A stretch of DNA of 63,291 nt, filler included, from Rhabdomonas costata (Eukaryota), in the NCBI GenBank assembly GCA_019059605.1. It is 55 parts of 55 records of this genome, joined end to end, with 100 filler letters (N's around TTAATTAATTAA, not from the genome) between each part and the next. Parts side by side here need not be neighbours in the genome. Positions count along the whole stretch, not along the records: positions 12,681 to 13,733 come from JAHMHO010031195.1; positions 13,834 to 14,887 come from JAHMHO010031196.1; positions 14,988 to 16,040 come from JAHMHO010031197.1; positions 16,141 to 17,193 come from JAHMHO010031198.1; positions 17,294 to 18,343 come from JAHMHO010031199.1; positions 18,444 to 19,496 come from JAHMHO010031200.1; positions 19,597 to 20,645 come from JAHMHO010031201.1; positions 20,746 to 21,798 come from JAHMHO010031202.1; 47 more parts are not named here. One strand, 5' to 3'. The notes beneath the pieces were generated by a model. The model was not told the DNA's origin, ran no database searches, and saw only the letters and a list, made by a program, of their open reading frames with translations. Position 1 is the first letter of the stretch. Every line of letters starts with the position of its first letter. Made by a program: the position numbers and the translations under genes. Positions 12,709 through 24,826 of this stretch are shown one piece after another.

Positions 12709-13401
12709 GCGTCAGCTCTGCAGGCCGAGCTCGCTGGGGTGGAGCAGAAGGAGCAGCAGGTGCGGTCCTTCCTACAGAAGTACCAGCTCACGCCGGAGGA
12801 GAAGCAGAGCCTGAAAGGTTCTACAGTGCCACAGAGCTTTCTTCTTCTTCTGTTTACCTCCTCCCTTGGGCCCAAAACAGAATAACGCAATCGTAAACAG
12901 GTTAGTTTTCCAAGAGGACAGTGTTTTTCTTCTTCTGTGCCTCACAGGGGACATCAACTGGGCCTTCTTCGCCACTCTGGCGAAGGTGCAGGACATCCAC
13001 AAGAATTGCAAGGAGCTGCTTAACGTCAGCCACCAGCAGGCGGGCATCGAGATTATGGAGGAGATGTACATGTACCAGCTTCAGGGGTTTGTGTACTCTC
13101 TTTTCTTTCCCCTTGACGTTTCATAGTCATTTAGCATCTGAGCATCTGGGCTTGAATATTTTAAATGCGCAGCGTTTTAGCGTTCTCCCAGTTTTGTTCT
13201 TGTGAGTTGTGGGAAATCGGTGTACTCACCCAAACAAACGAACCTGCAGCAGTGGGATTTTCCTCCTTTGTCCGTCTTTGGTTCAGTTTTGAGAGGCTGT
13301 TCAAGTACACTCACAAGCTTTGCCTCGACCTGATGCTCTCGGACAGCCCAGAAATCTCGCAGGACTTCATCACTGCCCTCAACGCCCTGAAGGACCGTCC
13401 G
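12709..13401 (+). CDS. COG6: Conserved oligomeric Golgi complex subunit 6; exons 12709-12817, 12948-13086, 13287-13401
   Basis: FLQKYQLTPEE...FFATLAKVQDIHKNCKELL..HQQAGIEIMEEM...FERLFKY...ALNALKDRP matches the COG6 N-terminal region. Both introns are GT-AG and in phase. Confidence 0.85.
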
Positions 13402-13833
13402 GTTGAGACCCCATGGCCCCCGTCCCCTCCCTGCCAACCTTCTACCAGCCTTCTCCCTATCACCTCGTACTGCTTTGTTGGCGAGAGGGGCACCTTCGGC
13501 TGAACTTCGGCAGCCATGGCAGCCCGCTGCGCTGTTCTCGCGCATTCTGTTTTGCAAATTCGCTCTGTTCGATCCCCCGCGTGTGTAACTTCTCTCTCTC
13601 CTTTGGGCACTGCTGCCTTTTTCTCTGAGCATGGTTGGCTGCTCTTCGTACCCCATTGCACCAAGTCGCTCTCTCTCTTTTTTGCATTTTGCTCTGTCCC
13701 CAAAATCCATAAGCAGAGACCCTCCCCAACACANNNNNNNNNNNNNNNNNNNNNNNNNNNNNNNNNNNNNNNNNNNNTTAATTAATTAANNNNNNNNNNN
13801 NNNNNNNNNNNNNNNNNNNNNNNNNNNNNNNNN

Positions 13834-14215
13834 CTTCCGCAGAAGGTCCCGGACCCTCACTTGTCTCATTACAGTCGCCGATTTCCTCTTCAGCCTCTTT
13901 CTGCGAGTGCTTCGGCGATCTGCGCTTGATTTCGTTGTAGTGTCCGGGTCCTTCGGGTTCCCGCAGTAGCCGTCGGGGCTCGTCTGCGCGCGTACCTGGG
14001 GCGAGATGCACCGCTTGATATCCTTGTGGGGTCTCCTGATAAACATTGACCCCGATGCCGGTGACTTGGGTGAAGGCGAAGATCTCAAGCGCTCCTCCGT
14101 GCTCGGAGGCCTTCACTTTTTGCAGGTATTCGGTGATCGCTGCATTTTTCTGATGCGCGTTGCCGCGGTGGGACAGGTCTGCTCTGCCCGCTGAGGCAAG
14201 AATCCAGTCCTGGAG
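13834..14215 (-). mobile_element. OTU-like cysteine protease fragment, probably element-derived
   Basis: EYLQKVKASEHGGALEIFAFTQVTGIGVNVYQ...LL...GHYNEI resembles the OTU pattern Y...M.....WGG..EI.A......I.VY...HY. No introns. Confidence 0.5.
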
Positions 14216-15001
14216 GTGTGTGTGTGTGTATGAGGGAGCATGACAATGTGTGGTGATCCGTTGGCGATGTGGACGAATGTGTGAAGTTACCAGATCGATG
14301 CTGCAAAGTATGGTCCCTCGCACCTGCTCATATTCCACCCCGACGGGGAGCACCAAGTGACCCAGCAGTCGAACCAGACACACGGCCATCTGAGGGTGTC
14401 TCACCCCCAGCACCCGCTGTGAGGCCTCGACCAGATACTGAACCCCTCCTGCGGAGAACGGAAATCTCACGCACAAATACACACACATTGGCCAGGCACA
14501 CACTGGCCCACCACCGTGAGTGAGTGAGTGAGTGAGTGAGTGTGTCTGTGTGTCTGTGTGTGCTGATTCCGATGCTATGACGAGCGAGTGCACGCAGTCG
14601 CTAGGTGCAATGGACAACAACCTCTGACGAGTTCCGAGAAACTCATCAGCCGCGGGACCGGAGACGTCCCAGCCTCGGCATGATCAAAAGATGACAAATT
14701 GTTCTTTTGCCTTGCCCAAGCCTCACTCGCTATGCTGGTGATTCTTGGGGCCCCTTGAGTGAAGAATAGATGGTCGTATACTCGCATACGCTCGTATACT
14801 CCCGAGATGTGGTGGTTCGTACTCTCCACCCCCATAAGCCTACGAGTACTCACCTCTACCATCCTACCTGCCGGTGGCCCACCCCACNNNNNNNNNNNNN
14901 NNNNNNNNNNNNNNNNNNNNNNNNNNNNNNNTTAATTAATTAANNNNNNNNNNNNNNNNNNNNNNNNNNNNNNNNNNNNNNNNNNNNTGTGTGGATTTCA
15001 G

Positions 15002-15258
15002 TCCTTCGGAGCATTGTGGATGTGGAGGAACTTCTGTGTTGTCTTCAACTTGTGCTTCCTGCATGCGGCCTACGGAGACTTGGGCTCCTGCACGGTGTTT
15101 TGGAAGAGGTGGGCGAGGAGCTGCTCAACCGTCCGCAGCTGGCGCCCGCTTTTCGAGCCCTGCTACTTCCATACTTCACCGCAGTGCTGGCCTGGGGATT
15201 CACGGAGAGGGCTTGGTGGTTGGCTGAGAAGCTGCAGTGCCCAGAGCTGAAAGATCAG
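15002..15258 (+). CDS. Exon of a helical-repeat protein (weak resemblance to the WDPCP/Fritz C-terminus)
   Basis: ttcag acceptor and CAG|GTGCGG donor with an open frame. YFTAVLAWGFTERAWWLAEKLQCPEL has the F..LL....E.A..LA pattern. The family call is tentative. Confidence 0.4.
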
Positions 15259-18054
15259 GTGCGGCTTCACGCAGTTCTTCCCCTTTTCGAACCCGTCCGG
15301 AGATTACTGAGCAATATCAACGAACCATGTTTCCCAAGTCGCCTGGAGTTAAAATACGCGAACGTTTGGGTTTCGACCACAAGCCCGTATTCCCATTTGA
15401 ATGTTCATGTCGGTTTGTTTTTGTAGCTGGATCGATGCGGGAGTTTTTTTTTAAGGAGGCTGCCGTTGCATTCCTCTGATACTACAATTGTTTTTGGCAT
15501 TTGCCGTGTATTTTCTTAGAGCGGATAACTTTCAGTACACAAGTCAGGATCGTTCGGTTGTGGCACGACACAATACAACACAAAAACACAAAAACAGAAA
15601 AAGAAACAGACGGAGGGAGGTCGAGAGGACGGGAAAGAGAGAGAAAGAAGAAAAGGGAGAGACCGCTATAGCAAAGAAAAAGATAGGAAAGGAGTGATTT
15701 TACGGGATGCGGTTTCGTTAGCGTTCAGCTTCTGTGTGTTGCATGTCATTAGCTTCAGTAGACGAGTGGAAAGCATTGGGCAATGTGCGGAGGTCAGTAT
15801 CGCGGTGCGGCTTCGGTGTGACCGGGGTGATGCAAATGGCAGCTATGTTAATCTCTCAGCACGACTTTAGGACCAACTTGGTGGATTTGCTGGTCATGTT
15901 ATTTTTGAGCACAGTGTCAGGTTTTAGGAAATTTCATGGGAGATTTGCCTTCGTCAACCCATGCATGAGTCATAGAGTCATATGCTCGTTTTGAATAGTT
16001 GGCATGAGTGCATTTATGCCCCCCCCCCACCAAACAAACCNNNNNNNNNNNNNNNNNNNNNNNNNNNNNNNNNNNNNNNNNNNNTTAATTAATTAANNNN
16101 NNNNNNNNNNNNNNNNNNNNNNNNNNNNNNNNNNNNNNNNGTTGTTGGTGATTTCAGCTTCCTGATGGTGACAACAACAACAGCAAACTGGGAAAGACCA
16201 GTACCAGTGTTACCCCAACTGTTACAACGAAATGTCGAGACATTTTGTGGTCCAAAATTACTGGAAACCTCGGTTCAGTGCCCAAATGGTCTATAATGGT
16301 TAGTTGAACCCACGCACTTATTTAGAGTACGGCGGTTCCTGTCAGGCGAAATGCCGAATGCAGTCTTCGAGCATGACAGCCTTCCATGAATTGACTGGGG
16401 GTGCATACGGTGAGTAGGTGTCCCCGAGAATCGTCAAGCTGTAGGACTTCGCGATGCCATTGAAGCAAGTGTAACCCAGCGAGCTCAAACCAAACGTGTT
16501 GACCCAGGACGAATCCGTTCCAGGAATAGAGCTGCACTCTTTGGGAGGGAGGAATGAAGGTCAAGCGGAGAAACCGAGAGTACTAATGAACGAACAAATA
16601 CCACGGTACAGCGGTCAAATTGCTGGGAAGATAAGTATGACAGGAGAAAAGTCATTCATCACCAAAGATTGCCGACCAATGCAACCATCTCAGCCTGGGT
16701 TAAAAGGGAACGGAAAGCACTGCTCACTCTCCCACATAGCGACGACCTTCGCAGGTGCCACTCTGCGACCACAACCTCTGGTTGTTGCAAATCAGGGTGC
16801 CGCCGCCAACGTACCCAGTGGGGCAGTAAAACGGGCATGTGCAAGAAAGAGTCGTGCACCCGCAGGACGACAGGATTGAGTTTGGGGGAGCTTGCGGAGT
16901 GCCACAGGTCATTGAGGGATCTGGAAATGGGCAGGAAGCTTGAAGAAAGCATGGCATGTGACTCAGGAGAAGGGCCGGGGTCGTGCGGACCCCTAAAGCC
17001 TGCCATCGACGCTGTCCACAGATTTCGTACCCACAGAACAACGTTTCTCAATTTGACCCACAATGGAGGAGAAAAGTGGGGAACGGACGAAACACTTCCA
17101 AGTAAGTAGCGTCCGTCCCGAAAGGTCATGGATTCTATGCGAGACTCGTAATCTCTTGAAAGAATGGATGCAGAAACCTCTCTTTGCGATGCTNNNNNNN
17201 NNNNNNNNNNNNNNNNNNNNNNNNNNNNNNNNNNNNNTTAATTAATTAANNNNNNNNNNNNNNNNNNNNNNNNNNNNNNNNNNNNNNNNNNNNGGGTGTG
17301 GGGGGAGGTGAGGAAAAACAGAAGACTCTAGCCCGCCCACAGGAAGAAGAGCGGTCCAAAGCAAAGAAACCTCGTCGCTGCCTTGCTGTCTTGGTTACGA
17401 AACACGGGGTACGGTATGGCATCCCGACGGCCCCTCCTCTACGGGGGAGAAGGAGGTGGAGCCGGCGAAGGAAGTCGAGAAGTCGAACCCACGCTTCCCC
17501 GTGGGGACTGGGGCAGGGGGTTGGTGCGACCTAAGTATGAGCATAAAAAACCATTGACGCTCCTCACCTATTTCATATGAATTCACAACCACCAAATTCA
17601 TTACACCCCAAAGGATGGAGCACATCCTCCATGTAAAACGCGAGGAATCGTGAGGTAATCACGTTCGTCGGACTGTCGGGTTTCATAAATTGAGGTAAAC
17701 TGGCAGGTTAGAGCTCATCCTGGGTGGGATGGAACTACTCCTCAGCTGAGGCAGTTTTCCGGCATCTGGCTGCATCTCTAATGGCTTCTTAAAGAGCGCA
17801 TTATTCTTTGGGAGGGCTTTTCAGGACGTTTTTTTTGACCGCATTTCCAAGAGGATTCAATGCTCTTTCAGCTGAGTTCCAAAAATCAAAAGGTCAACCC
17901 CAGAATTACTTCATGCTGGCACGGGGATGGGGGAAATGTCTTGTATACCTCACACACCTCAGGTGTTGCTACAGCAGCTGAGTTATGAGGGGTGAGTGCG
18001 TGAGTGATGATTCCATGCCAGGTCTGCTGTGGGGTCGAGGGAAGGGGGGGGTGC

Positions 18055-18202
18055 CTGTTCACGAAGGGGTAATTCATGTGAGAGATCACGGTGATGCCCG
18101 GCGGGAGGCGTTCTGGGAAGTCGTCCGATAACTCCGCGGCATAGGCCAAAGAGAGAGAGGCCAGCCTGGGGCACCGCTGCACCAGCCCAGCCACAGCCTC
18201 TT
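18055..18202 (-). CDS. Leucine-rich-repeat (F-box/LRR-type) exon
   Basis: ctctcag acceptor, then EAVAGLVQRCPRLASLSLAYAAELSD, a cysteine-containing LRR pattern. The donor is either AG|GC at 18054 or a GT slightly upstream. Confidence 0.6.
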
Positions 18203-21200
18203 CTGAGAGAGAATGCACAGCGCAGAGCTATCAGACAAACAAAAAGAAACAAAAAACTCAAAACAGACAATAATTTACAGAAAGTCAGACGATATAAACA
18301 GTCGAGTCAAAAGAGATTCTTCCGCCGTTTCCGTCCGTCGTTTNNNNNNNNNNNNNNNNNNNNNNNNNNNNNNNNNNNNNNNNNNNNTTAATTAATTAAN
18401 NNNNNNNNNNNNNNNNNNNNNNNNNNNNNNNNNNNNNNNNNNNGGGTGTGGGTGGGCCCATCATTGAGGTGGTGACTCCGGGCCTTTTCTTGTTTTTTGT
18501 CACCAGGTCTGAGCCGGTAGCCAGAAGAGAAATCATCGGGCAGAGTACAGTGGGGGAAACACCCAACCAGGCGTACTGGGATTGATTGCAAGCAGTACAG
18601 CGCCTCTTCATACGTTGTCGTCTTCGCCCACGCTGAGCCCGTTGACTTCACCAAGCCGCCGCAATTTTCAAACAGTGACCCGGAAGTGGACGCCACCCCT
18701 TTATGGGTTCGCTATTTTGTAACACATGCATTTCCCACTTTTCCATTTCATACGAACGCAAAGGACCCAAAACCCAGCACCATGCAGCTGCATCCTCCCA
18801 AATACCTGATCCCTTTCTTTCTCAACCACTTCAAAGCGACCGAGAACTATCTCAAGCATTCTACCAGATGCAAAAAAAAATGGGGTGTGGGAGACCTGTT
18901 CCCCAATTCACATTCGGGAGAAAGTCCTTGCAGCGTTACCGGCTCCAGTTGGCGGAGCCGGGGGTGCCCACCAGGGGGCTCCCACACCGCGGCAGCAGAG
19001 AGCACAGCTTGCGGCGACGGAAGGAGGACGGGGAGGAGGGAGCCGGAGAAGCCGGAGCCCCAGAGGGCCTCTGCGTGTGAAGCTATGGTAGATGAAAGGC
19101 AGTCGAGAAATGAGCACCTGACGGCAAGAGACCACGAGAGAACCGCCATTTCAGGCGCGGAAACCCAACGCGGGTCGGGACCATTTCGACTCTTCACAGC
19201 GAAAAAGGTCCGAGAGGCAGCAGTAAATTCAAATGCCAGGCGACCCTGCCCGACAACCCTTGGTATGGGGCTGCGAAGCGACCTCTACCGCCAGCCAGCC
19301 CCCCCCTCTAAATCCGGAAAGAGAGCCCCGGAAAAGATTTTCGAATAAATATAGTTTTGATCAAATCCTTTGAAAATATTTGCTTGCCTTTCATTTCTCG
19401 TACTACACTGTTGACCGGAAGAGACGCTCTGGGACGTGGGCTGGGAACTGGGAAAACCTGAGGAAAGCTGCTGCTGGGTGAGATGGCTCGAGACCCNNNN
19501 NNNNNNNNNNNNNNNNNNNNNNNNNNNNNNNNNNNNNNNNTTAATTAATTAANNNNNNNNNNNNNNNNNNNNNNNNNNNNNNNNNNNNNNNNNNNNGTGG
19601 TGGGTGGGGCGGGCGTGGAAAACACCAACCCAAAAGCGTGGTTCCCGATCCCCGTTCATCGAGCAGAAGGGATTGCGTGACAATCTAATTGCGGCCATAA
19701 GCAAGTACCCGGAAACCCGGAACCGACCTTGAGGCCTCCAGCTCTCACAAAGCAAGACGAAAGGTAGACATACCGCGACTGCCGGTTGCTCAAACCCGGG
19801 CAAATCGTCCGGTCCAACAGCCTGCCTCTCCTTGTCTTGTCCCTGAAGAACCGCATCGCCATGCAGCACGCAGCACAAGACTCGGTTGGAAAGGGAGCGA
19901 AGAGTTTTGCTGCTTTTCCCGCTCAAATGTATGCTAGTTCATTTTTCGTCGGTCAAAATAGGCGGGGGAGTTTGTCCAAGATGTGTTGGGCGCAGAAAGT
20001 GTGGGCACTTCGAGCTCAGGGGGCAGGGGCATAAACGCACTAGCACCAAAATTTCAAATCGAATAAACCCGGAAGTGGGTCACTGCGGCGCTTATGGGGT
20101 GAAGCCCGATGGCCCATGCCTCATCGAGGGCGGGGAGCCCAGGGGGGAAGTGAATCGCGAGACTTTCTCAGAAAAAAGCCACTCGGGCAACAAAGTGTTT
20201 GTGAGTGTGTGTGGCCTTCTCCCCGCGCTGGTTGTTTTGGACATTGTTTCCAAACGGTGTGCTTTGCCTTGCCACCAACAAAATGCGATAAGATTATTGT
20301 CACCATAGTGGCCACAAGGCAGGCGTAAGTCTGAGAAGCGGTCCAGAAGAATTTTTGTGAGATGATTCGACTGAACACACCAGTGTGTGCAATGTGTGAA
20401 TTTTTTTACGAAGTGTGCCAGTGTTGCCAGTCATCACGACAAAGGCCAGACGGCAGTTTTTTATCACGCGCCCAGAACAGCTCAACAGTCAACAGGACAG
20501 GTCTCCTGGCAGGAGCACCCAAACGAACCAAAAGTAACTTCTTCGTTTGTTTGTTGGTCACCAGCGGATGGCTTCACAAAGGGGTGGGGTGGTCTGGGGA
20601 GGGCACCCACCTCTTTGTGAAGCCATCCGCTGGTGACCACCAAAANNNNNNNNNNNNNNNNNNNNNNNNNNNNNNNNNNNNNNNNNNNNTTAATTAATTA
20701 ANNNNNNNNNNNNNNNNNNNNNNNNNNNNNNNNNNNNNNNNNNNNTGTGTTGTGTGTGTGTGTGTGTTCCAATTTATGTTGAAGCCTTGCGTTGCGTCCG
20801 TGCTAAATTCCTGATGATGTCGAAGTATGGTCGTGTTTCGGCTTCCTTCTTGGAGAGCTTGCAGACCTTGTGTGGCGTGCGGTGCGTCTGTGCATTTGCT
20901 TTTTTTTTTGTGGTTTGTTCTGCCTGACACCGATAATCATTGTTCCTTTGAATGATATCTTTTTTACTTTTGCCTTTAGAAAATTGCTAATCTGTCGAAT
21001 AGCAATCGAACCCGTCCCTGTTTATCCCGCGTTACCGTAAATGGCATGCCGCCTGGCTGGTCCGAGAAAGATTATTCAGAAAGTAAATAGGACCCCACAC
21101 GCGCAAATTGGGGAGCTGCGCGCCATCGTGAATATCCGATGATACCTCCGCCCTGCTTTTCCCTCGCTGGTTCATTCTTCCTGCCACCTGCAGCTGCAAT

Positions 21201-22039
21201 TACTGGACACATCTTTTAATATACTTGCACTGCATCCGTTTATACCCGTTCATTGGTGGCGAGATTGTCCCTGAAGGGCTACACACAGGGGATGGGCGTG
21301 CGCAAAAGTGCAAAAGCAGGGTTGAGTTGTGGCAATGGAAATAGCCGTGATAGCACTCACACACACAGCAGTTAATGTGAATGAAAATGGGCTGTGTTTA
21401 ACATACGTTTTGTCGATTAATTTGCCCTGGGCCGCTTCCGCTTCAGTGGCGGATTGCTAATAAAACAAAGGTGCAGAAGGAAAAAAGTAAAAAGCTCATT
21501 GGGCAAATGAATAAAGTGGATACAGGAAAGGGCGATGATTAGAGACAACGTTCGGCTTTGCTGGAGGCAAAGCATGCTTCCCAATCCTCCTTCTCAACAG
21601 AATGATGGTCGCAGAATCATGGCACGGCACAGTCCCACACAGGGAACGGCGTCCAGATGGTACTATGGGTTCAACGGCAACAAAAGTGCAACAAAGTAGC
21701 ACAGCTGCACGCGGCGAGGGCGGGGAAGGGAGGGAGGGGTGTGAGGATAGGTAGTTAAGACAGGGTAAGGGGAATAGAAAAAGGTCTGAGCACTGCAGNN
21801 NNNNNNNNNNNNNNNNNNNNNNNNNNNNNNNNNNNNNNNNNNTTAATTAATTAANNNNNNNNNNNNNNNNNNNNNNNNNNNNNNNNNNNNNNNNNNNNTT
21901 TGTGGGTGACCAGGATCACGAGCTCGTCGTGGATCTCACCTAGGGTGCTATTAGATAGTTGGTGGTGGTGTACTGCCATGAAACCAGAACCTTCTGGTTT
22001 CATGGCAGTACACCACCACCAACTATCTAATAGCACCCT

Positions 22040-22951
22040 AGGTGAGATCCACGACGAGCTCGTGATCCTGGTCGCCCACTTTATATCAAGGGCCGCTGGA
22101 GATCGCTGGCACGCAGAGCGCGCACAGTGAATTGGAGCTAGTCGTCTGGCACCACTGCGGAAGAATTTTGAGGGCATCTGGTCCACTGTTGCGCTCGATA
22201 CCCTGCACTCGCTCGTGTAACAATGTGCGCTTAATAAATCCGAGGGATCAATTGCTGAATCTCCACGAGACTTCACACCAGGGGTCAAACGGAGCCCATA
22301 CCGCAATTTACACGGCCCGCGAATGGGCCAACGACATCCGGACCACAATGCTATGCAAGGTGGATCTTCGCAACTCCTTCAATCAAGTCAGTCGCAAGGC
22401 ATATCGCCAGACCCTTGCTAACATCGACCCACTGTTGGATGCTTGTTCACGCTGGTATCTCTCGTCTGCCATGCCGATAGTCGGAGGAGTGCTTCAATGA
22501 GACCCACTGTCGCCCCAGAACCAATTCTCCGTGGAATTGGCATAAAAGGAGCTGTCCTGGACTTATGATACATGAACTACGTGTGCTGAACGCCGAAACC
22601 CGATGACGCGCTTTTCTCTACATAAATGAGCAGCTCCACACTATCTGGCTGGACATCAACGAGCGCAAGTGCGAGCTGTACTACGACCTGCTCCACATGG
22701 TCTCAGTCAAGTACCCTCAATCGATCAGAACTACGAGCGCAACTACCTGGAAGCACCACTGTCATCTGCTCCCAACCGAGCATCCGACACTGCCGTGCTG
22801 TTCAATCGCCAGGCACTGAAAAATATCAAAGCCTGCCTTGGTACCTGTCGTATTCATCACATTACACAGGCAATACCAAGTGATGTGTGTCCCGACTCAA
22901 CGATAACCCTGATGCGCAATGATGGCGTGGACACCATCGAGACCAAAACCC
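22040..22951 (+). mobile_element. Decayed non-LTR retrotransposon reverse transcriptase, CRE/SLACS-like
   Basis: Motifs occur in order despite stops and frameshifts: LAPLRKNFEGI, GAHTAIYTAR, KVDLRNSFNQVSR, GGVLQ*DPLSP (QQGDPL motif), WLDINERKCELY, YLEAPL and ACLGTCRIHHITQAIP. Confidence 0.8.
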
Positions 22952-23095
22952 NNNNNNNNNNNNNNNNNNNNNNNNNNNNNNNNNNNNNNNNNNNNTTAAT
23001 TAATTAANNNNNNNNNNNNNNNNNNNNNNNNNNNNNNNNNNNNNNNNNNNNGGGTTTGTGGAGGACATCTCCCAGCTGTCCGCCACGGGCCTTCC

Positions 23096-23817
23096 ACGAG
23101 GGCCGCCAGCGAAGGCCCGTGGCGGACAGCTGGGAGATGTCCTCCGGAGACCCCAATGGTGTGCCTGTGTGTGGTATGCATGCTGGCGCAACAGGTGGGG
23201 CTCTTCGTGGTCAGAAGGAAATGACCTGAATGATTGCACGTACATATCTATCATTAATTCAACTTTTATTTGTACTTGAATCAGTATATACTTGAATCAG
23301 TTTCAACCAATGCTATAAATAGACTCATGTTGACTTTCATGTCTGTTACTGAAGTGAGATGGAGTGCGGCACAGGAGTTCTGCAACAGGAGTTCTGAAGT
23401 GAAGAGGGCACATCGATGAGCATAAACTGATTTGACCGAGAGTCGAAGAATGGAAAAGAGAATGTGAAGAGAGAGGAGGAAAACAGTGGGAAGTGGGATC
23501 GATTTTCTGCTTGGGGTTGGTATCTTTCGGATTAATGCGACCCCGCTTGGTTTCAGACTGTTCCCGTAGACTTTAGGCTTCCATTTCTTCCAGGTCCACG
23601 CACACCAGCCAAGTTCACACGCCCAGACATAAATTTGCTCCAACGCACCCGCGCATCCCAATGGCTACCCACAGGGCTGGCCCCTGTGCTGCCCACCTTG
23701 CACCCCCTCAACGACAGCGGGCGCCCCGTGCCCTACCTGGCTGCACCTGGGGTGACGACCTTCTCCATTCTCGAGGTTGAGCCATCGGCCACCTCGCCGG
23801 AGCAAGTCCAGGCCCAG
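23096..23817 (+). CDS. Two phase-compatible exons of an unknown protein (..23158 and 23675-23817)
   Basis: The G|GTGTGC donor and cag|GG acceptor rebuild a Gly codon. Codons are GC3-rich and the second exon ends at CAG|GTGCGC. Confidence 0.5.
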
Positions 23818-24593
23818 GTGCGCTGCAACCCCCTCTCCCAACCTCCTCAGTTCCTATGCTATTTTCCTCCGCAGAGTGTGTTTGTGGGGTGAGGGGGGTT
23901 GTGGGGCTAGTAAGGCTGTACGGCTCTGCAAGACAAGGACCTCTCCCCTGTCCACATCACCTGTAGCTGTTTTTCTTTTGGTGCTTTTTCCAATCTAATT
24001 ATGTACTCCCACCCCTCCCCATCTCTTTGCGTTGTTGCTTTGCGTTCACTCTTCTAGCATCCTTTCACTGTCCACCAGTCAATGTTTGGGTGTCACCCCC
24101 AACCNNNNNNNNNNNNNNNNNNNNNNNNNNNNNNNNNNNNNNNNNNNNTTAATTAATTAANNNNNNNNNNNNNNNNNNNNNNNNNNNNNNNNNNNNNNNN
24201 NNNNGTTGAGGGGTTAGACTGGGACGCTGCTGGAGTGAGGGGGTGTGATGGAGGCTTGGGGTTGTTAGGAGGCCTTTGCTTTGATTGTGCTGTGGCGCAG
24301 TGTTACACCCCCTCCCCCACGCACAGATACCACTTGTTCGTTCGTTGCGTTAATGTCTGAGCTTTGGCATTGCCGCTTTGACTTGCAGCTCCGTGTAATG
24401 AAGGGTTTGGCCCTTATTGTAGCCCGGTGTAGTTTACCATTTCTGGTGTTGTGTCCACTTTCTTTTCGTTACTAGCTATCTATTTGTTTCATACTTAGTA
24501 ACCAAACTGTAGTCATGCCTCTGCCTGTGACCACACTCCTGTCGTGGCTTCCCCCGAAGCACCCCCGCTCCCCCGACCTGTCGGGGCAAACAG

Positions 24594-24826
24594 GCTCAGA
24601 CCCTCGAAAGCCCACCCGGAAGGGGATGATCTCCGACGAGTTCCGCGAGATTCGCGACGAGCTCCAGCGCCGCAGCTCGGGCCGGGAGTACAGTGACAGG
24701 ACTGTGCAGTCCTGCGTGAACTGCGCCCCGTACACCATGTCTCTCACCCTCACCATGAAGCTGGTGCAGCATTTCCACCTGGGCGCGATCAACGATCTCG
24801 CCGCCAGCGTGCTGGTTTTCGTCCAG
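24594..24826 (+). CDS. Exon of an unknown protein
   Basis: Strongly GC3-biased open frame (GMISDEFREIRDELQRR...LAASVLVFVQ) between a cag acceptor and CAG|GTTGCG. Confidence 0.55.

Noticed and set aside
16496-17109. Possible decayed tyrosine recombinase (ISAWVK...LPHSDDLRR)
   Set aside because: Only a vague H-x-x-R-like echo is present, and the other catalytic residues cannot be identified.
18050-18066. GC-AG donor candidates (AG|GCACCC here and near 7428)
   Set aside because: The downstream exons are absent, so the donor cannot be fixed. An alternative GT exists nearby for the LRR exon.
21901-22080. Near-perfect ~89-bp-arm palindrome with a 2-nt loop
   Set aside because: It begins at the contig start and mirrors the adjacent retroelement sequence, which is typical of an amplification fold-back rather than a hairpin telomere or structured RNA.
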